64,000 nucleotides of DNA. It comes from Planctomycetota bacterium (lineage in GTDB: Bacteria; Planctomycetota; UBA8108; UBA1146; JAJFFE01). The DNA lies in contig JBFWWP010000024.1 of NCBI GenBank assembly GCA_050246115.1, positions 13,381 through 77,380 on the forward strand, read 5' to 3'. The notes beneath the pieces were generated by a model. It was not told the DNA's origin. It was given only the letters and a program-made list of their open reading frames with translations, and searched no databases. Below, one piece after another: positions 62,971 through 64,000 of this stretch; position 1 is the first letter of the stretch, and each line of letters starts with the position of its first letter. The position numbers and the translations under genes are program-made.

Positions 62971-64000
62971 TCAGGCGCCGAATTTGTCGAGCCGACCCGC
63001 GTGCGCCAGCGCGAGCGGCAGTAGCTCCTGCGCGCACAGCGTCTGCAAGTCCCCGCCCAACACTGCGCGCTCGTCGAACGACACCGGCATGGGCACACTC
63101 GAGCGCGAGTGGAGAATCACCGGAACCGGGTGCCACGAGTGTTCGCGATGGAGCGTCGGCGTCGAGTGATCTCCGGTGATGATCAACGCGTCCGCACCGA
63201 GCGCCTCGAGCAACGGAACGTCGCGATCGATGGTCTCGAGGGCTGCGACCTTGCCTCGGAAGTCCCCGCTGTGCCCCGCGGTGTCGGCGTCCTTGGTATG
63301 GATGAAGAAGAAGTCGTAATGGTCCCAGTGCTCACGGGCCACCGCGATCTGATCCGCGAGAGACTTGCCCGGACTGAGGATCTTCATCCCCACGAGGCTC
63401 GCCACTCCGCGGTACATCGGGTAGATCGCGATCGCGGCGGCGCGCAGGCCATAGCGCTCCGCGAAGGTCTCGATCACCGGCCGGGACGAGAAGCCGCGCA
63501 GCAGCAGACCCGACGCGTTCGTCTCGCCTCGCAGCAGCGCACACGCCTGCTTCAGAAAGTCGTCGACGAGCCCGGCCGTGCGTTGCGACGGAACGTCGAG
63601 GCCCACGATCGGCAACGGCGCCTTGCCCTCGACCTGCGGATCGTTGTCGTTGAGTCGGTGTCCCAACCCGTCGCCCCGCAACACCAACGTGAAGCGGTGC
63701 TGCTTCCCCGGCAAGATCACGAAGTCCCCGTCCCGGAGGCGCACGCCGGCGCGCAGGCGCTCGCACAGGCGCTGGCACTCGGCGTCAGTGGGACGTCCCG
63801 CACGACGATCGCGAATGTTGCCTGCGGCGTCGAGCGTGCAGAAGTTGCCGCGCGCCGCAATCTCCCCGGGGGCCAACGGATAGTCGGACCCCAAAGCCTC
63901 GAGGAGCCCGCGCCCGAAGTCGATGCGACGCGGGTCGTAGCCAAAGAGGGACAGGTGCCCCGGACCGGAGCCCGGCGTGAGACCAGCGTCGAGGATGCGC
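62971..64000 (-). CDS. apgM: cofactor-independent phosphoglycerate mutase, archaeal-type (ApgM family), 5' end outside the window
   Basis: FFFIHTKDADTAGHSGDF, ALIITGDHSTPTLHREHSWHPVPVILHS. The reading frame stays open upstream of the track start (…ILDAGLTPGSGPGHLSLFGYDPRRIDFGRGLLEALGSDYP) to the window edge. Confidence 0.85.
   Translation of the reverse strand, partial: RILDAGLTPGSGPGHLSLFGYDPRRIDFGRGLLEALGSDYPLAPGEIAARGNFCTLDAAGNIRDRRAGRPTDAECQRLCERLRAGVRLRDGDFVILPGKQHRFTLVLRGDGLGHRLNDNDPQVEGKAPLPIVGLDVPSQRTAGLVDDFLKQACALLRGETNASGLLLRGFSSRPVIETFAERYGLRAAAIAIYPMYRGVASLVGMKILSPGKSLADQIAVAREHWDHYDFFFIHTKDADTAGHSGDFRGKVAALETIDRDVPLLEALGADALIITGDHSTPTLHREHSWHPVPVILHSRSSVPMPVSFDERAVLGGDLQTLCAQELLPLALAHAGRLDKFGA

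Noticed and set aside
62228-63169. 313-aa plus-strand ORF, with 62362..62679 and 62226..62684 also spanning the non-coding region.
   Set aside because: They run through a strong terminator and the tRNA-Leu gene, and their composition is Arg/Pro/Gly-rich noise.

Overview
High-GC (judged by eye, not computed) bacterial chromosomal segment, densely coded and mostly on the minus strand. There are three blocks. (1) 1-15.5 kb is mixed housekeeping and accessory: ribBA, an M32 carboxypeptidase, an orphan single-chain TssB-TssC-like sheath paralog, a dockerin-tagged FG-GAP protein, an ECF sigma/Ser-Thr kinase pair, a B12-type radical SAM enzyme preceded by a 40-codon Pro/Lys-rich ORF and a terminator hairpin, and a sigma-54 enhancer-binding protein. 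(2) 15.6-37.5 kb is a complete collinear type VI secretion core locus: fha-tssJ-tssK-tssL-tssM-tagF-tdk-tssA-tssB-tssC-hcp-tagJ-tssE-tssF-tssG-clpV. Its gene order matches P. aeruginosa H1-T6SS, but it has no vgrG, PAAR, effector or ppkA/pppA, and a thymidine kinase is translationally wedged between tagF and tssA. Two secreted amidohydrolases, a HAD phosphatase and a TolB-like lipoprotein follow. (3) 44.5-62.1 kb is a late-flagellar/rod-ring cluster: fliS-fliD-flaG-fliC-fliC-csrA-fliW-flgL-flgK-flgN-flgJ(N)-flgI | flgH-x-flgG-flgF. It carries a Bacillus-like FliW-CsrA-flagellin module and unusually large, repeat-expanded FliD and FlgL. After it come about 760 nt of non-coding DNA with a strong plus-strand terminator, a tRNA-Leu(TAG) and a partial apgM. 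Two 179-bp copies of a MITE-like element (21-nt terminal inverted repeats, flanking TAA) sit at the sigma-54 regulator stop codon next to clpV and between flgI and flgH. No rRNA, CRISPR array or intact transposase or phage gene was seen. Many long ORFs in the track are antisense shadow ORFs, or N-terminal over-extensions typical of GC-rich DNA, and were trimmed or rejected. All homology statements come from reading motifs by eye; no database search was run.
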